In this document: piece after piece, positions 10,501 to 18,945 of the stretch
Layout: each line of letters opens with the position of its first letter
How positions within the stretch are numbered: position 1 is the first letter of the stretch
NCBI GenBank assembly: GCA_963768855.1
Contig: CAVYJM010000011.1
Location: 320,001 to 384,000, forward strand
Origin: an uncultured Thermoplasmata archaeon
GTDB lineage: Archaea; Thermoplasmatota; Thermoplasmata; RBG-16-68-12
Length of the DNA stretch: 64,000 bases
Direction: 5' to 3'
The notes under the pieces: generated by a model
Told to the model about the DNA's origin: nothing
What the model saw: only the letters and a program-made list of their open reading frames with translations
The model's database searches: none
Program-made: the position numbers and the translations under genes

Positions 10501-11544
10501 CTGTTCTGCAACAAGTGTGGCCGACAACTCCCCGACGGGTCCGTGTTCTGCAACTTCTGTGGCTCCCAGCAGGGCGTCATCCCGCAGGCCGCGGGCGCGC
10601 CCGTGGCGCCAGGCATGCCCCAGCAGGCTCCAGGCGCCCAGCCGTACAACCCGGCGGCTCCCGTGCAGCAGGTCGCGGCTCCGGCCATGCCGCAGAATCT
10701 CAAATGCAACTCGTGTGGCGCTCCCCTGAAGCCCTCCTCGGGCCTCGCCCTCGTGGTGTGCGCGTATTGCGGCGCGGCCACGACGATGGGGGCCGGCGGC
10801 GCGGCCCAGGTCATCCAGAAGCACTTCATGCTCGCGAGCACGATCGGCCAGGAGCAGGCCCTGAACGCGGGCGGCCAGTGGCTCAACAAGGGCATCCTGC
10901 GCCGCAAGGTCGCGGAGAAGTCCGACCTCGGGAACACGATCCTCAAGTTCGTGCCCTACTGGGTCGTCCCGACGACGATCGTCGCGGACTACCAGGGGAC
11001 GAAGGGCTCCGGCGTGGCCCAGATGCGGTCCGAGACGACCGGGGGCAAGGTCCTTGGCGGCGCGCTCTTCGCGCTCCAGGCGGCCGCGGCGGCGAACCAG
11101 AACCGCAACCGCAACCAGGTCCAGCCCCAGATCGTCCGCGTGCGGGACCGGATTCAGATTTCGAAGAACATCCCCGTCGTGGCGGTCCGCGGCTACAACA
11201 AGTACCAGCCCGAGGGCGGCTACGAGTTCAACGAAGCCGCGAAGGTGAACTTCGACAAGAGGGCGAGCGGCGGATCCGAGGTCATGGACGGCGATGTCAC
11301 GGAGGCCGAGGCGAAGCAGCTCGCAGGCGGGCAGGCGCAGAAGATCGCGGAGCGGGAGGCGAAGAAGCGCGTCGACACCCTGGAATCGATCCAGGTCTAC
11401 CCGACGATGACGGATGGCGAGCTGCTCCACGTGCCCGTGTTCTTCGTTGAGTATCAGTTCAAGGGAAAGCCCATGTTCATCGCGATCGACGGGAACGCAG
11501 GACACGTCATGAACGGGGAGCGACCCGCAGTCGCGCTGTGGTGA
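10501..11544 (+). CDS. Zinc-ribbon protein (YdjG-like), probable CTG start
   Basis: ORF 10543 extends in frame to CTG 10501, giving (M)[28 protein letters not shown] at 10489-10494; upstream in-frame TGA at 10471. Second ribbon CNSC...CAYC and a C-terminal HVPVF..EY.F.GK..F.AIDG..G motif. Confidence 0.8.
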   Translation: MFCNKCGRQLPDGSVFCNFCGSQQGVIPQAAGAPVAPGMPQQAPGAQPYNPAAPVQQVAAPAMPQNLKCNSCGAPLKPSSGLALVVCAYCGAATTMGAGGAAQVIQKHFMLASTIGQEQALNAGGQWLNKGILRRKVAEKSDLGNTILKFVPYWVVPTTIVADYQGTKGSGVAQMRSETTGGKVLGGALFALQAAAAANQNRNRNQVQPQIVRVRDRIQISKNIPVVAVRGYNKYQPEGGYEFNEAAKVNFDKRASGGSEVMDGDVTEAEAKQLAGGQAQKIAEREAKKRVDTLESIQVYPTMTDGELLHVPVFFVEYQFKGKPMFIAIDGNAGHVMNGERPAVALW

Positions 11545-11631
11545 CCCGTTTGGGACATCCGTTGGAGTTCCACCGGTACCCCTAAATACATAGCTTTCAA
11601 GAACGATAGAGCACAAGGCTAGGCGAAGATC

Positions 11632-12156
11632 ATGCCGGACATACGAGAGAAGGTCGAGGACGATCGTGGCCTCATCAAGAAGATTCAGCTGAAGATCCCC
11701 GGATACGCAGGTTACCGCCGCCGGGAGGACATCCGCAACGCGGACATCCTCCTGCGGAACCAGGTCGCGGACCAGGTGAAGAAGGTCCGCGCGGACCTCG
11801 AAGGGGTCCGCGACGGGCTGGCGGCCGACGGGAAGTACCAGGGGCTTCAGCCCATCGGGAACCTGATCTTCCAGCTCCAGGCGACCGAGGCGAAGGTGCG
11901 CCACTCGGAGGGCGGCTACTCCGGGATCAGCGCGAACATCCGAGTCGAGGAACCCGAGCTGGACAAGCTCTATGAGTACGACTACTCCATGCTCGAGAAC
12001 CTGGACAAGTGCGCCGCGGTGATCCCGATGATCCTGGCCGCGGCGGACCCGGCAAGCTTCAACACCTCGCTCAAGGCGTTCAAGGATGCCCTCGCGGCCT
12101 TCGACCTGTCCTTTGACCAGCGGATGATCATGATAACCGGCACGAACGTGAGGTGA
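11632..12156 (+). CDS. Conserved helical hypothetical protein
   Basis: Host-like codon usage, IPGYAGYRRREDIRNAD.LLR motif, stop overlaps the next gene. Confidence 0.8.
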   Translation: MPDIREKVEDDRGLIKKIQLKIPGYAGYRRREDIRNADILLRNQVADQVKKVRADLEGVRDGLAADGKYQGLQPIGNLIFQLQATEAKVRHSEGGYSGISANIRVEEPELDKLYEYDYSMLENLDKCAAVIPMILAAADPASFNTSLKAFKDALAAFDLSFDQRMIMITGTNVR

Positions 12157-13352
12157 ACACGATGATTCCAAGTGTCTTCTTCTTCGGCGGCGCGAAGCGA
12201 ACGGACCAGACGGCAGGCCGCGGCGAAGGCCTGACCTCGAGCATGACGATTGCGTGGGACGACCAGTTCAAGCGGGCCAACATCATGTGGAAGGTCCCGC
12301 GCAACATCCGGATGAACGACAACATCGTGGTGCGGGAGGACGAGATCGCGGTGTTCTACCGCGACGGGAAGGCCCTCGCGTACCTCGACAAGCCGGACCG
12401 CTATGCCCTGACGTCGCAGAATGTCGCGATCCTGGGCTGGCTCCAGAAGGTCTTCACCGGCGTCGTGCAGCAGGCGGAGGTCTTCTACCTCCAGAAGCGC
12501 ATCTTCGACGGCAAGTTCGGCACGCAGGAGCCGTTCCTGTTCCAGGACCCGGACTTCGACATGATCCAGCTGCGCGCGTTCGGGGACTTCCGGTACCGCA
12601 TCGGCGACCCGGAGATCTTCATCAACCAGTTCGTCGGGACCTTCGGCGCCGCCACCTCGGCGGACATCGAGGACCGGATCAAGGACGAGCTCGTGAAGCA
12701 GCTCAACGTCACCTTGGGCAAGATGAAGCAGCAGGGCCTCAAGGTCGTGGACTTCGCGGCGAGCCTGAACGACATCGAGCAGGGCACGCTCGCGAACTCG
12801 AAGCCCCACTTCGTGAACCTGGGCGTGGAGATCATCCAGGTCAGCGGCATGAACATCCCGCTGCCCGAGACCGTCAAGGCGGCCATCGACAAGATGGGCG
12901 CGGCCCGCACCTTGGGCCGCACGAGCGCCGCGGCGTACCAGCAGTTCGCCGTGGCGGACGCCCTCACGACCGCGGCCGCGAATCCGAGCGGCACCGCGGG
13001 GGTGGGGGTCGGCCTGGGCGCCGGCATCGGTATGGGCTACGGCATGGGCTCCCAGCTCCCCGGGATGATCGCGCAGCCTCCGCAGGCTCAGCAACAGCAG
13101 CAGATGAAGGCGTGTCCGAAGTGCGGTACGATGAACCCCGTGACGATGAAGTTCTGCGGGTCGTGCGGCGCGGACACGACGGTCGCCGCGGGCAGCAAGC
13201 CGTGCATCAAGTGCGGCAAGCCCGTCCCGCCCGGCCTGAAGTTCTGCGGCGAGTGCGGCGCGTCCCAGGTCCTCAAGTGCCCGGACGGTCACGACGTCCC
13301 CGGCGGCATGAAATTCTGCCCCGAGTGCGGCAAGCCGGTCGCGCAACCCTGA
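12153..13352 (+). CDS. SPFH/band-7 protein with C-terminal double zinc ribbons (YdjI-like)
   Basis: IVVREDEIAVFYRDGK, AEVFY, FGT.EP..F.DPDF..I.LRAFG.F; G-rich GVGVGLGAGIGMG; then CPKC..CGSC, CIKC..CGEC, CPDG..CPEC. Confidence 0.88.
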   Translation: MNTMIPSVFFFGGAKRTDQTAGRGEGLTSSMTIAWDDQFKRANIMWKVPRNIRMNDNIVVREDEIAVFYRDGKALAYLDKPDRYALTSQNVAILGWLQKVFTGVVQQAEVFYLQKRIFDGKFGTQEPFLFQDPDFDMIQLRAFGDFRYRIGDPEIFINQFVGTFGAATSADIEDRIKDELVKQLNVTLGKMKQQGLKVVDFAASLNDIEQGTLANSKPHFVNLGVEIIQVSGMNIPLPETVKAAIDKMGAARTLGRTSAAAYQQFAVADALTTAAANPSGTAGVGVGLGAGIGMGYGMGSQLPGMIAQPPQAQQQQQMKACPKCGTMNPVTMKFCGSCGADTTVAAGSKPCIKCGKPVPPGLKFCGECGASQVLKCPDGHDVPGGMKFCPECGKPVAQP

Positions 13353-13368
13353 GCCGGAACCTTGCGAA

Positions 13369-13395
13369 TCCGGGTGGGGCCCCGCCCCATCCGGA
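13369..13395 (+). terminator. 12-bp GC-rich hairpin followed by a short T-tract after the SPFH gene
   Basis: tccgggtggggc-ccc-gccccatccgga (one G-T pair); cacttttc follows 17 nt after the stop region. Confidence 0.45.
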
Positions 13396-13523
13396 CCTTC
13401 CACTTTTCGAGTTTCTCGTGGAGGCCACACCCTCCCGATCCGACCGCGACGCGCCCGGGAGTTCCTACATAACATCTAAGTCCCGATGCGCGAATCGCGG
13501 GCCCAACACGGAAGTGGCAACCC

Positions 13524-13976
13524 ATGCAACCCGCAGCCCCTCCCCCGGCACCCGCTCCTGCGATCGCCGCCCCGAAGCTCTCGTCCCTCGCGCTCTACGC
13601 GATCGCCGCGATCGCGGTCATCGCCATCGCCGCGATTTTCGGCTTCATCCTGTTCGCCTCGGGCCTCAGCTTCACCTCCCAGCTCTGGTGGATGGGCCTG
13701 TGCGGCCTGATCTTCGCCCTCCTCTTCTACATGGTTTACGCGTCCACCCACAACCGGACGATCACCTTCCCGCTCGCGGGCGCGTTCTTCGTCATTGGAG
13801 TCGGCAGCTTCTACGGCTCCATATTCGTGGACGCAAACCAGGGAAACCTGGGGAAGCTCGCGCTCAGCGTAATCCTGTCCATCTTCGTCGTGATCGTCCT
13901 GGCCACAATCTTCTACATGTCCCGACAGGGCGAGCGCGACGCGATCCGGAAGAGCCAGCGCAAGGTCACGCCGTAG
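13524..13976 (+). CDS. Small membrane protein (4 TM)
   Basis: Four hydrophobic segments and a basic C-tail; ttcctacataacatctaag upstream is promoter-like. Confidence 0.75.
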   Translation: MQPAAPPPAPAPAIAAPKLSSLALYAIAAIAVIAIAAIFGFILFASGLSFTSQLWWMGLCGLIFALLFYMVYASTHNRTITFPLAGAFFVIGVGSFYGSIFVDANQGNLGKLALSVILSIFVVIVLATIFYMSRQGERDAIRKSQRKVTP

Positions 13977-14367
13977 CCGGTTCGAGGTAGGCCTTCAGGG
14001 GCGCCCAGTAGAAGTCGAGCCAGCCCTGACGGAGCTCCTCGGCCAGGCGGTTCGGGACGTTGCTGTGGACGAACATGAGCCGCGTCCCCTTTCCCTTCTT
14101 CGAAAAGTGGAACATGATCTTCGAGTCGGGGTCGGACTCCTTGAAGTCCGTCGTCCGCCACGATTGCACGATGACCTTGTCCTTCTCGATCCGCAGGTTC
14201 TTGCCCTCGATATACCCGTCGAAGGCAGTGAACTTCCCGCCGACCTTCCGGGAGAGGGACGCCTTGTCTTTCGTGAACGCGCTGTGCTTCTTTGAGTCCA
14301 AGATCGCCTCGAACACATCGTGCGGCGGCGCGTCAAGGAGGACGGTCTGGCGGATCGTCGTCGACAT
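13966..14367 (-). CDS. SRPBCC/Aha1 (AHSA1-like) domain protein
   Basis: PPHDVFEAILD, VGGKFTAFDG.I.G.NL.IE.DK.IVQSWR, ..GW..FYW..LK.YL. Confidence 0.88.
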   Translation of the reverse strand: MSTTIRQTVLLDAPPHDVFEAILDSKKHSAFTKDKASLSRKVGGKFTAFDGYIEGKNLRIEKDKVIVQSWRTTDFKESDPDSKIMFHFSKKGKGTRLMFVHSNVPNRLAEELRQGWLDFYWAPLKAYLEPATA

Positions 14368-14445
14368 CGCATCCAGGAGGGTTCGAAGGTAACCTAAGCC
14401 TTGCGCCCGCGAGAAGCTCCCGATGCGCGTCTGGGTTCTCTCCTC

Positions 14446-15000
14446 TCACCGAAGAATCCGGCGCCGGAGCACAAGGAAGACCGTGGCGAACACGCCCACC
14501 GCGAGGAAGACCGCGAGGGCCACGATGGTGGGTGTGACCCAGTCAGTCGGGGTCCCGCCGCATGTGAGGCCGAACCCGTTCGTGAGATGGAGGGTTTGCC
14601 ATCCTCCGATTGAGTCCGCGGAGGCGCCAAACCCGAGAGGAAGATCCCCTCCGCACCCGTTCCACACCTCGAGCGTGTCGGCAGCGGAAAGGAAACCGTC
14701 GCGGTCGTTGTCCTGGTACGTGACCGGTTCGGTCGCGGTTGCAGTCCGGCCGACATGCTGGGATGCCTGCACCCACGTGTCGTTCACGGGCCAGGGTTGC
14801 CACCAAACCTGGCTCAACAGGAGGCCCCCGCGCTGCGTCAACGTGACGACGCAGAGGGGCGAGGATTCCGAGACGGTGTAGGAGAGGGGTGGGCACGGTG
14901 AGCTGGCGGAAGCTATCCCCGCGACCGCAAGGAGGATTGTGGCCATCAGCATGCCTGCGAGAGCAGTCCAACGCGCGCGGCAGATGCAGGGGTCCGCCAA
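14446..15000 (-). CDS. Secreted/surface protein with C-terminal TM anchor (start may be ATG 14952)
   Basis: Signal peptide-like MLMATILLAVAGIASA; DNDRDGFLSAADTL motif; C-terminal TM followed by RRRILR. Confidence 0.6.
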   Translation of the reverse strand: MADPCICRARWTALAGMLMATILLAVAGIASASSPCPPLSYTVSESSPLCVVTLTQRGGLLLSQVWWQPWPVNDTWVQASQHVGRTATATEPVTYQDNDRDGFLSAADTLEVWNGCGGDLPLGFGASADSIGGWQTLHLTNGFGLTCGGTPTDWVTPTIVALAVFLAVGVFATVFLVLRRRILR

Positions 15001-15122
15001 GCCTGTCCCTCCGCTTCCGTAGCTGCACAGAAGACGTTAATGCTTGTCTCCACGAACTCGATTCACGGTACCGGACCGCCCAGCCCGCGTGCGCGAGACT
15101 GGGTGAGGTCGATCTGGCGGCC

Positions 15123-16199
15123 TCAGACGAACTTGTAGATGTTCGCGGGAGGCTGGCCGCCGCTCTGGCGGATCTCCTCCTCCATCTGCTCGAGCATGAG
15201 GATCCGGTCGATCGTCGGCGGGTGCGTGGCGAAGAGCTCGTTCGCGCGGCGCCAGTGGCTCTTCTTCTCCGTCTCGAGGGCCTTCTGGAGCTCGTACTCG
15301 TCGATCTGGCCGTCGCGGTTCAGGTCGTACTGCTGCATCCGCTGCCGCAGGTCCTCGTAGTCCTCGCGCGCCTTGACCGGGTCCCCGATGAAGAATGCCC
15401 TCAGGCCGGAGGGTTCCGCGTCCGGCCGGGCCAGGCTCAGGCCGTACGTGATCTTCGTGAGCGCCGAGGCCAGGAGGTGCGGGTCCTTCGTCGCCGCCCC
15501 GCTGTACGCGTCCGCGTAGGACTCGCGGGTACGGGAGAGGTACAGGACGAGCAGCTGGGTGATCAGATAGACACAGTAGGAGAGGATGGCGACCGCAATC
15601 GCGACGGCGATGGCCTGTCCCGCCCCTTTCCCGCGGGCCCGCCCGCTGGCGCGGAGCACCTCGAACCCGCCCCGCGCGATCACGTACGCCAGGAGGGGGA
15701 CCGCGGAGGCCCAGGTCATGATCGTCACGTCCCGGTGCCGCAGGTGGCCGACCTCGTGCGCCAGGACGGCGCGCACCTCGTCCTGGTTCAGCTGCTCCAG
15801 GAGGGGCCGGTTCACGACCATCTCCGCCGAGCCGACCGTGCGGCCGAAGACGAACGCGTTCGGGTCCGACACGTCGCTGACCCAGAGGTGGCGGACCATC
15901 GGCACGCCGGCCTGCTGGCAGAGCTCCTGGACCGTGCGGTAGAGCCAGGGGTTCGTCTGAGGCGTGACCTCCTGGCGGGCCTTGGCGGCCCACCGCACGA
16001 TGGACGGCGAGATGGCCCACTGGAGGATCAGGAAGATCACGGTGAGGAGGACGACCGCGATGAATCCAAGGAGCGGGTCGATCCCGGACACGAAGAAGTC
16101 GACGATGCCGAGGACGGCCAGGAGCAGGAGGGTCAGGATCGCGAAGACGAGGAAGATCGTCAGGTCGCTGCCGCGTCGGAGGGCGCCGAGGGAACCCAT
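15123..16199 (-). CDS. htpX: HtpX-like M48 zinc metalloprotease with EF-hand insert
   Basis: From ATG 16199. Two N-terminal TMs, PNAFVFG, LAHEVGHL (HExxH), RESYAD, THPP; DLNRDGQIDEYE loop. Confidence 0.9.
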   Translation of the reverse strand: MGSLGALRRGSDLTIFLVFAILTLLLLAVLGIVDFFVSGIDPLLGFIAVVLLTVIFLILQWAISPSIVRWAAKARQEVTPQTNPWLYRTVQELCQQAGVPMVRHLWVSDVSDPNAFVFGRTVGSAEMVVNRPLLEQLNQDEVRAVLAHEVGHLRHRDVTIMTWASAVPLLAYVIARGGFEVLRASGRARGKGAGQAIAVAIAVAILSYCVYLITQLLVLYLSRTRESYADAYSGAATKDPHLLASALTKITYGLSLARPDAEPSGLRAFFIGDPVKAREDYEDLRQRMQQYDLNRDGQIDEYELQKALETEKKSHWRRANELFATHPPTIDRILMLEQMEEEIRQSGGQPPANIYKFV

Positions 16200-16241
16200 C
16201 GAAACGGCTATAGGTGCGTTCTTCATGAGTCTTACGCTGGC

Positions 16242-17036
16242 ATGCCCGAGCTCGTCGAGTCGATTAACTGCCCGCACTGCGGCGGACCCCTGAACCTGAC
16301 GACGGGCGAGGTCATCGTGACCTGCCCCTACTGCGGCTCCGCCGTCCGGATCCGGAGCGACAAGCCGTTCCTCCTGGTGCACTCGATGCTCCCCGCCCGG
16401 TTCGACCGGGACGGCGCGGCGGCCCAGATCGGGAGCTGGATGGAGGGCGGCATCATGAAGCCGGACGACCTGCGGCGCGCGTCGCGGATCACGTCCCTGG
16501 ACGGCCTCTACCTCCCGTTCTATGTGTTCGAGGCGGACGCGGACACCGCGTACCAGGGCGTCCTCACCCGGACCGGGACGAATGAGCGCCGGACCGGAGA
16601 CCTCGTCCGGAACTACTTCTGGAAGATCCTGGGCCGCCGCAGCGGGGAGTACCAGGTCGCGGACTACCACATCCCGCTCTCCCTGAAGGTGCCCTTTGAC
16701 TCGACGCAGATGCTGAAGGACGCGCGCCTCCTGAACGCGGAGATCGACGAGGACGAGGCGGGGCGGCTCGTCCAGGAGCAGGTCGACGCCCACCAGCGCG
16801 AGCTCCTCAAGGACCTCGTGGACGTCTTGGAGAACGCGACCACGAAGGTGACGCTGAAGGACGCCGAGTTCCTCCACGCGCCCCTGTGGTTCGCGACGTA
16901 CGAGTACCGCGGGAAGACCTACAAGATCGTGGTCGACGCGGCGTCGGGCGACGTCGTCCGCGGCGACATCCCGGTACCCAGCGGCGGCCTCGGGGAGTTC
17001 CTCAAGGACTCGACGAAGAGCCTGTTCGGCCGCTGA
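16242..17036 (+). CDS. Zinc-ribbon protein, paralog of the 10501 gene (YdjG-like)
   Basis: MPELVESINCPHCGGPL...TCPYCG; YLPFYVF and HAPLWFATYEY.GK.Y...VDAASG match the C-terminus of the 10501 protein. Divergent from htpX. Confidence 0.85.
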   Translation: MPELVESINCPHCGGPLNLTTGEVIVTCPYCGSAVRIRSDKPFLLVHSMLPARFDRDGAAAQIGSWMEGGIMKPDDLRRASRITSLDGLYLPFYVFEADADTAYQGVLTRTGTNERRTGDLVRNYFWKILGRRSGEYQVADYHIPLSLKVPFDSTQMLKDARLLNAEIDEDEAGRLVQEQVDAHQRELLKDLVDVLENATTKVTLKDAEFLHAPLWFATYEYRGKTYKIVVDAASGDVVRGDIPVPSGGLGEFLKDSTKSLFGR

Positions 17037-17042
17037 GTCCCC

Positions 17043-17153
17043 TCAGTCCTCGGTCGGCTCCTGGTCCTCATAGTCGGCCAGGTAGGCCCCGCAGTTCGGG
17101 CACATCTCCGCGTCCGGATCGACCTCCCAGCCGCACTCGGGGCAGTGCTCCAT
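17043..17153 (-). CDS. 36-aa zinc-ribbon microprotein
   Basis: Manual translation: MEHCPECGWEVDPDAEMCPNCGAYLADYEDQEPTED*. Two CPxCG knuckles, GAGG upstream; too short for the ORF track. Confidence 0.75.
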   Translation of the reverse strand: MEHCPECGWEVDPDAEMCPNCGAYLADYEDQEPTED

Positions 17154-17204
17154 CCCCCGCCTCGGACCCCATACGCCGCTCCCGGGGCTAAAAACTAGCG
17201 GGTT

Positions 17205-18887
17205 TCAGAACTCGTCCAGGGTGGTGGGCCCCTTCTTGCGTGGGACGCGGGTTGCGGCGGTCTCCGCCCGCTGCGCGGCCTCTTCCGCGAGCGCCTCCCG
17301 CCGGGCCTCGAGGAGCCTCTCCGGGGCGGCGGTCACGAAGGTCTCGCCGCTCGGCTCGCCGACGAAGATCTTCTGCTTCAGGTCGCGCCGGAGGCGGTCC
17401 AGTTCCTGGTGCATTTTCCGCTCCTTGCGCTTCGCGCTGTAGAGGAACGCCTCGTCCCGCGTATCCTTCGTCACGAGCATGATGACCTTGCCCTTCGCGC
17501 TGCGCCCCGTGCGGCCGCGCCGCTGGATCGTGCGGATCTCGGAGGGCACGGGTTCGTAGAAGACGACGAGGTCGACCTGCGGGATGTCCAGGCCCTCCTC
17601 GCCGATCGACGTGGCGACGATCACGTTGATGTCCCCCTTGCGGAACTTGTCGAGGATATCCACTTGCTCCTTCTGCTTGAGGCCGATGTCCTCCCCCTTC
17701 GAGGACTGCCCGACGAACCGCACGGGCCGGATGCCGGGGATCTTCGCGAGCTCGCGGGTGACCGTCTCCGAGGTCTCGCGGTAATGCGTGAAGACGATGA
17801 TCTTGGAGTCGGGCTTCGCCATGAACTGGTCCCGCACGATCCACGCAGTCTTCTTGAGCTTCGGATGCTCCGCGCTCGTCTCGAGGGCGATCTTGATCGC
17901 CTCCTGGACCTTCGCGTGCTTGATGAACTGGGTGTCCGCGCGGTTCTTCGCCCCGGTCTCGAGGCGGTCGAAGTAGGATCGCAGGGAGCCCATCCCCTGC
18001 GTCTCCGCGAGGGTGATCGCGTGGTTCGCCTTCATCGCGATCGCCTGGGCGGTCATCGCGCCGAATAGGCGGCCGTCCTTCTCCCCGCCATCCAGGCGCT
18101 TGCGGATCTCATCCCCCGCCGCCAGGATGTCCTTCGTCGTGGGCTTCGCCTTTCCCTGGAGGAAGCCGATCTTCTTGAGCCGCTCGGCCTGCTCCTCGTA
18201 GACGGTCTCGAGCAGGGTGCGGATCTCCTTCGCCTCGTTGGGTGCGTCGATCGGGATGCGCTGGATCTCCAGCCCCTGGACGTACGGCACGACGTCCGCG
18301 TCGAACTCCGTGCGGATCTCGACCGCGGTGATCCCGAGGTTGTCGCAGACCTCGAGGATCTTCTCCGCGCTCGACCCCGGGGAGGCGGTCATCCCGAGGA
18401 CGAGGTGGTCCTTCACCTCCTTGTAGACCGCGGCGACGTCCACGTAGGCGTAGTCTCCGGCTGCGCGGTGCGCTTCGTCGAAGACGATCAGGCTGACGTC
18501 CTCGAGGTCGTAGCGGCCCGCGCGGAGGTCGTTCTTGATCACCTGCGGCGTCGAGACGATGATCTTCGTCTCCCGCCACTGGAGCTCGCGGTCCTCCGGG
18601 GCGGCGACCTCCCCTGTGAAGACGGCGATGCGCTCGACGACCAGGATGTCCCGCAGGGAGGCGGCATGCTGCTCGACGAGGGGCTTCGTCGGCGCGAGGA
18701 AGAGGATTCTGCCCCCCTTGCGCCGAAGGATCTCCGCGATGACCATCGCCGCCACGACCGTCTTCCCCATCCCGGTGGGGAGGACGACGAGGGTGGAACG
18801 GGAGAGACAGGCCTTGGCGATGTTCACCTGGTAGGCGCGCTCCTCCACGGCCCCGCGGCGGAGAAGCTCGTGGGTCACGAAGGGCAC
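17205..18887 (-). CDS. hef: Hef/FANCM-like SF2 helicase (helicase-only, no ERCC4 nuclease)
   Basis: GTG start 18887; EERAYQ, LPTGMGKT, FDEAHRA, TASPG, VATSIGEEGLDIP, QRRGRTGR; ends in PTTLDEF. Confidence 0.9.
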   Translation of the reverse strand: MPFVTHELLRRGAVEERAYQVNIAKACLSRSTLVVLPTGMGKTVVAAMVIAEILRRKGGRILFLAPTKPLVEQHAASLRDILVVERIAVFTGEVAAPEDRELQWRETKIIVSTPQVIKNDLRAGRYDLEDVSLIVFDEAHRAAGDYAYVDVAAVYKEVKDHLVLGMTASPGSSAEKILEVCDNLGITAVEIRTEFDADVVPYVQGLEIQRIPIDAPNEAKEIRTLLETVYEEQAERLKKIGFLQGKAKPTTKDILAAGDEIRKRLDGGEKDGRLFGAMTAQAIAMKANHAITLAETQGMGSLRSYFDRLETGAKNRADTQFIKHAKVQEAIKIALETSAEHPKLKKTAWIVRDQFMAKPDSKIIVFTHYRETSETVTRELAKIPGIRPVRFVGQSSKGEDIGLKQKEQVDILDKFRKGDINVIVATSIGEEGLDIPQVDLVVFYEPVPSEIRTIQRRGRTGRSAKGKVIMLVTKDTRDEAFLYSAKRKERKMHQELDRLRRDLKQKIFVGEPSGETFVTAAPERLLEARREALAEEAAQRAETAATRVPRKKGPTTLDEF

Positions 18888-18945
18888 GCTCCGCACACGC
18901 CGGGGAGCGGGGATAACCCTTTGCATCCGTCCCGCGAAACTGGCC

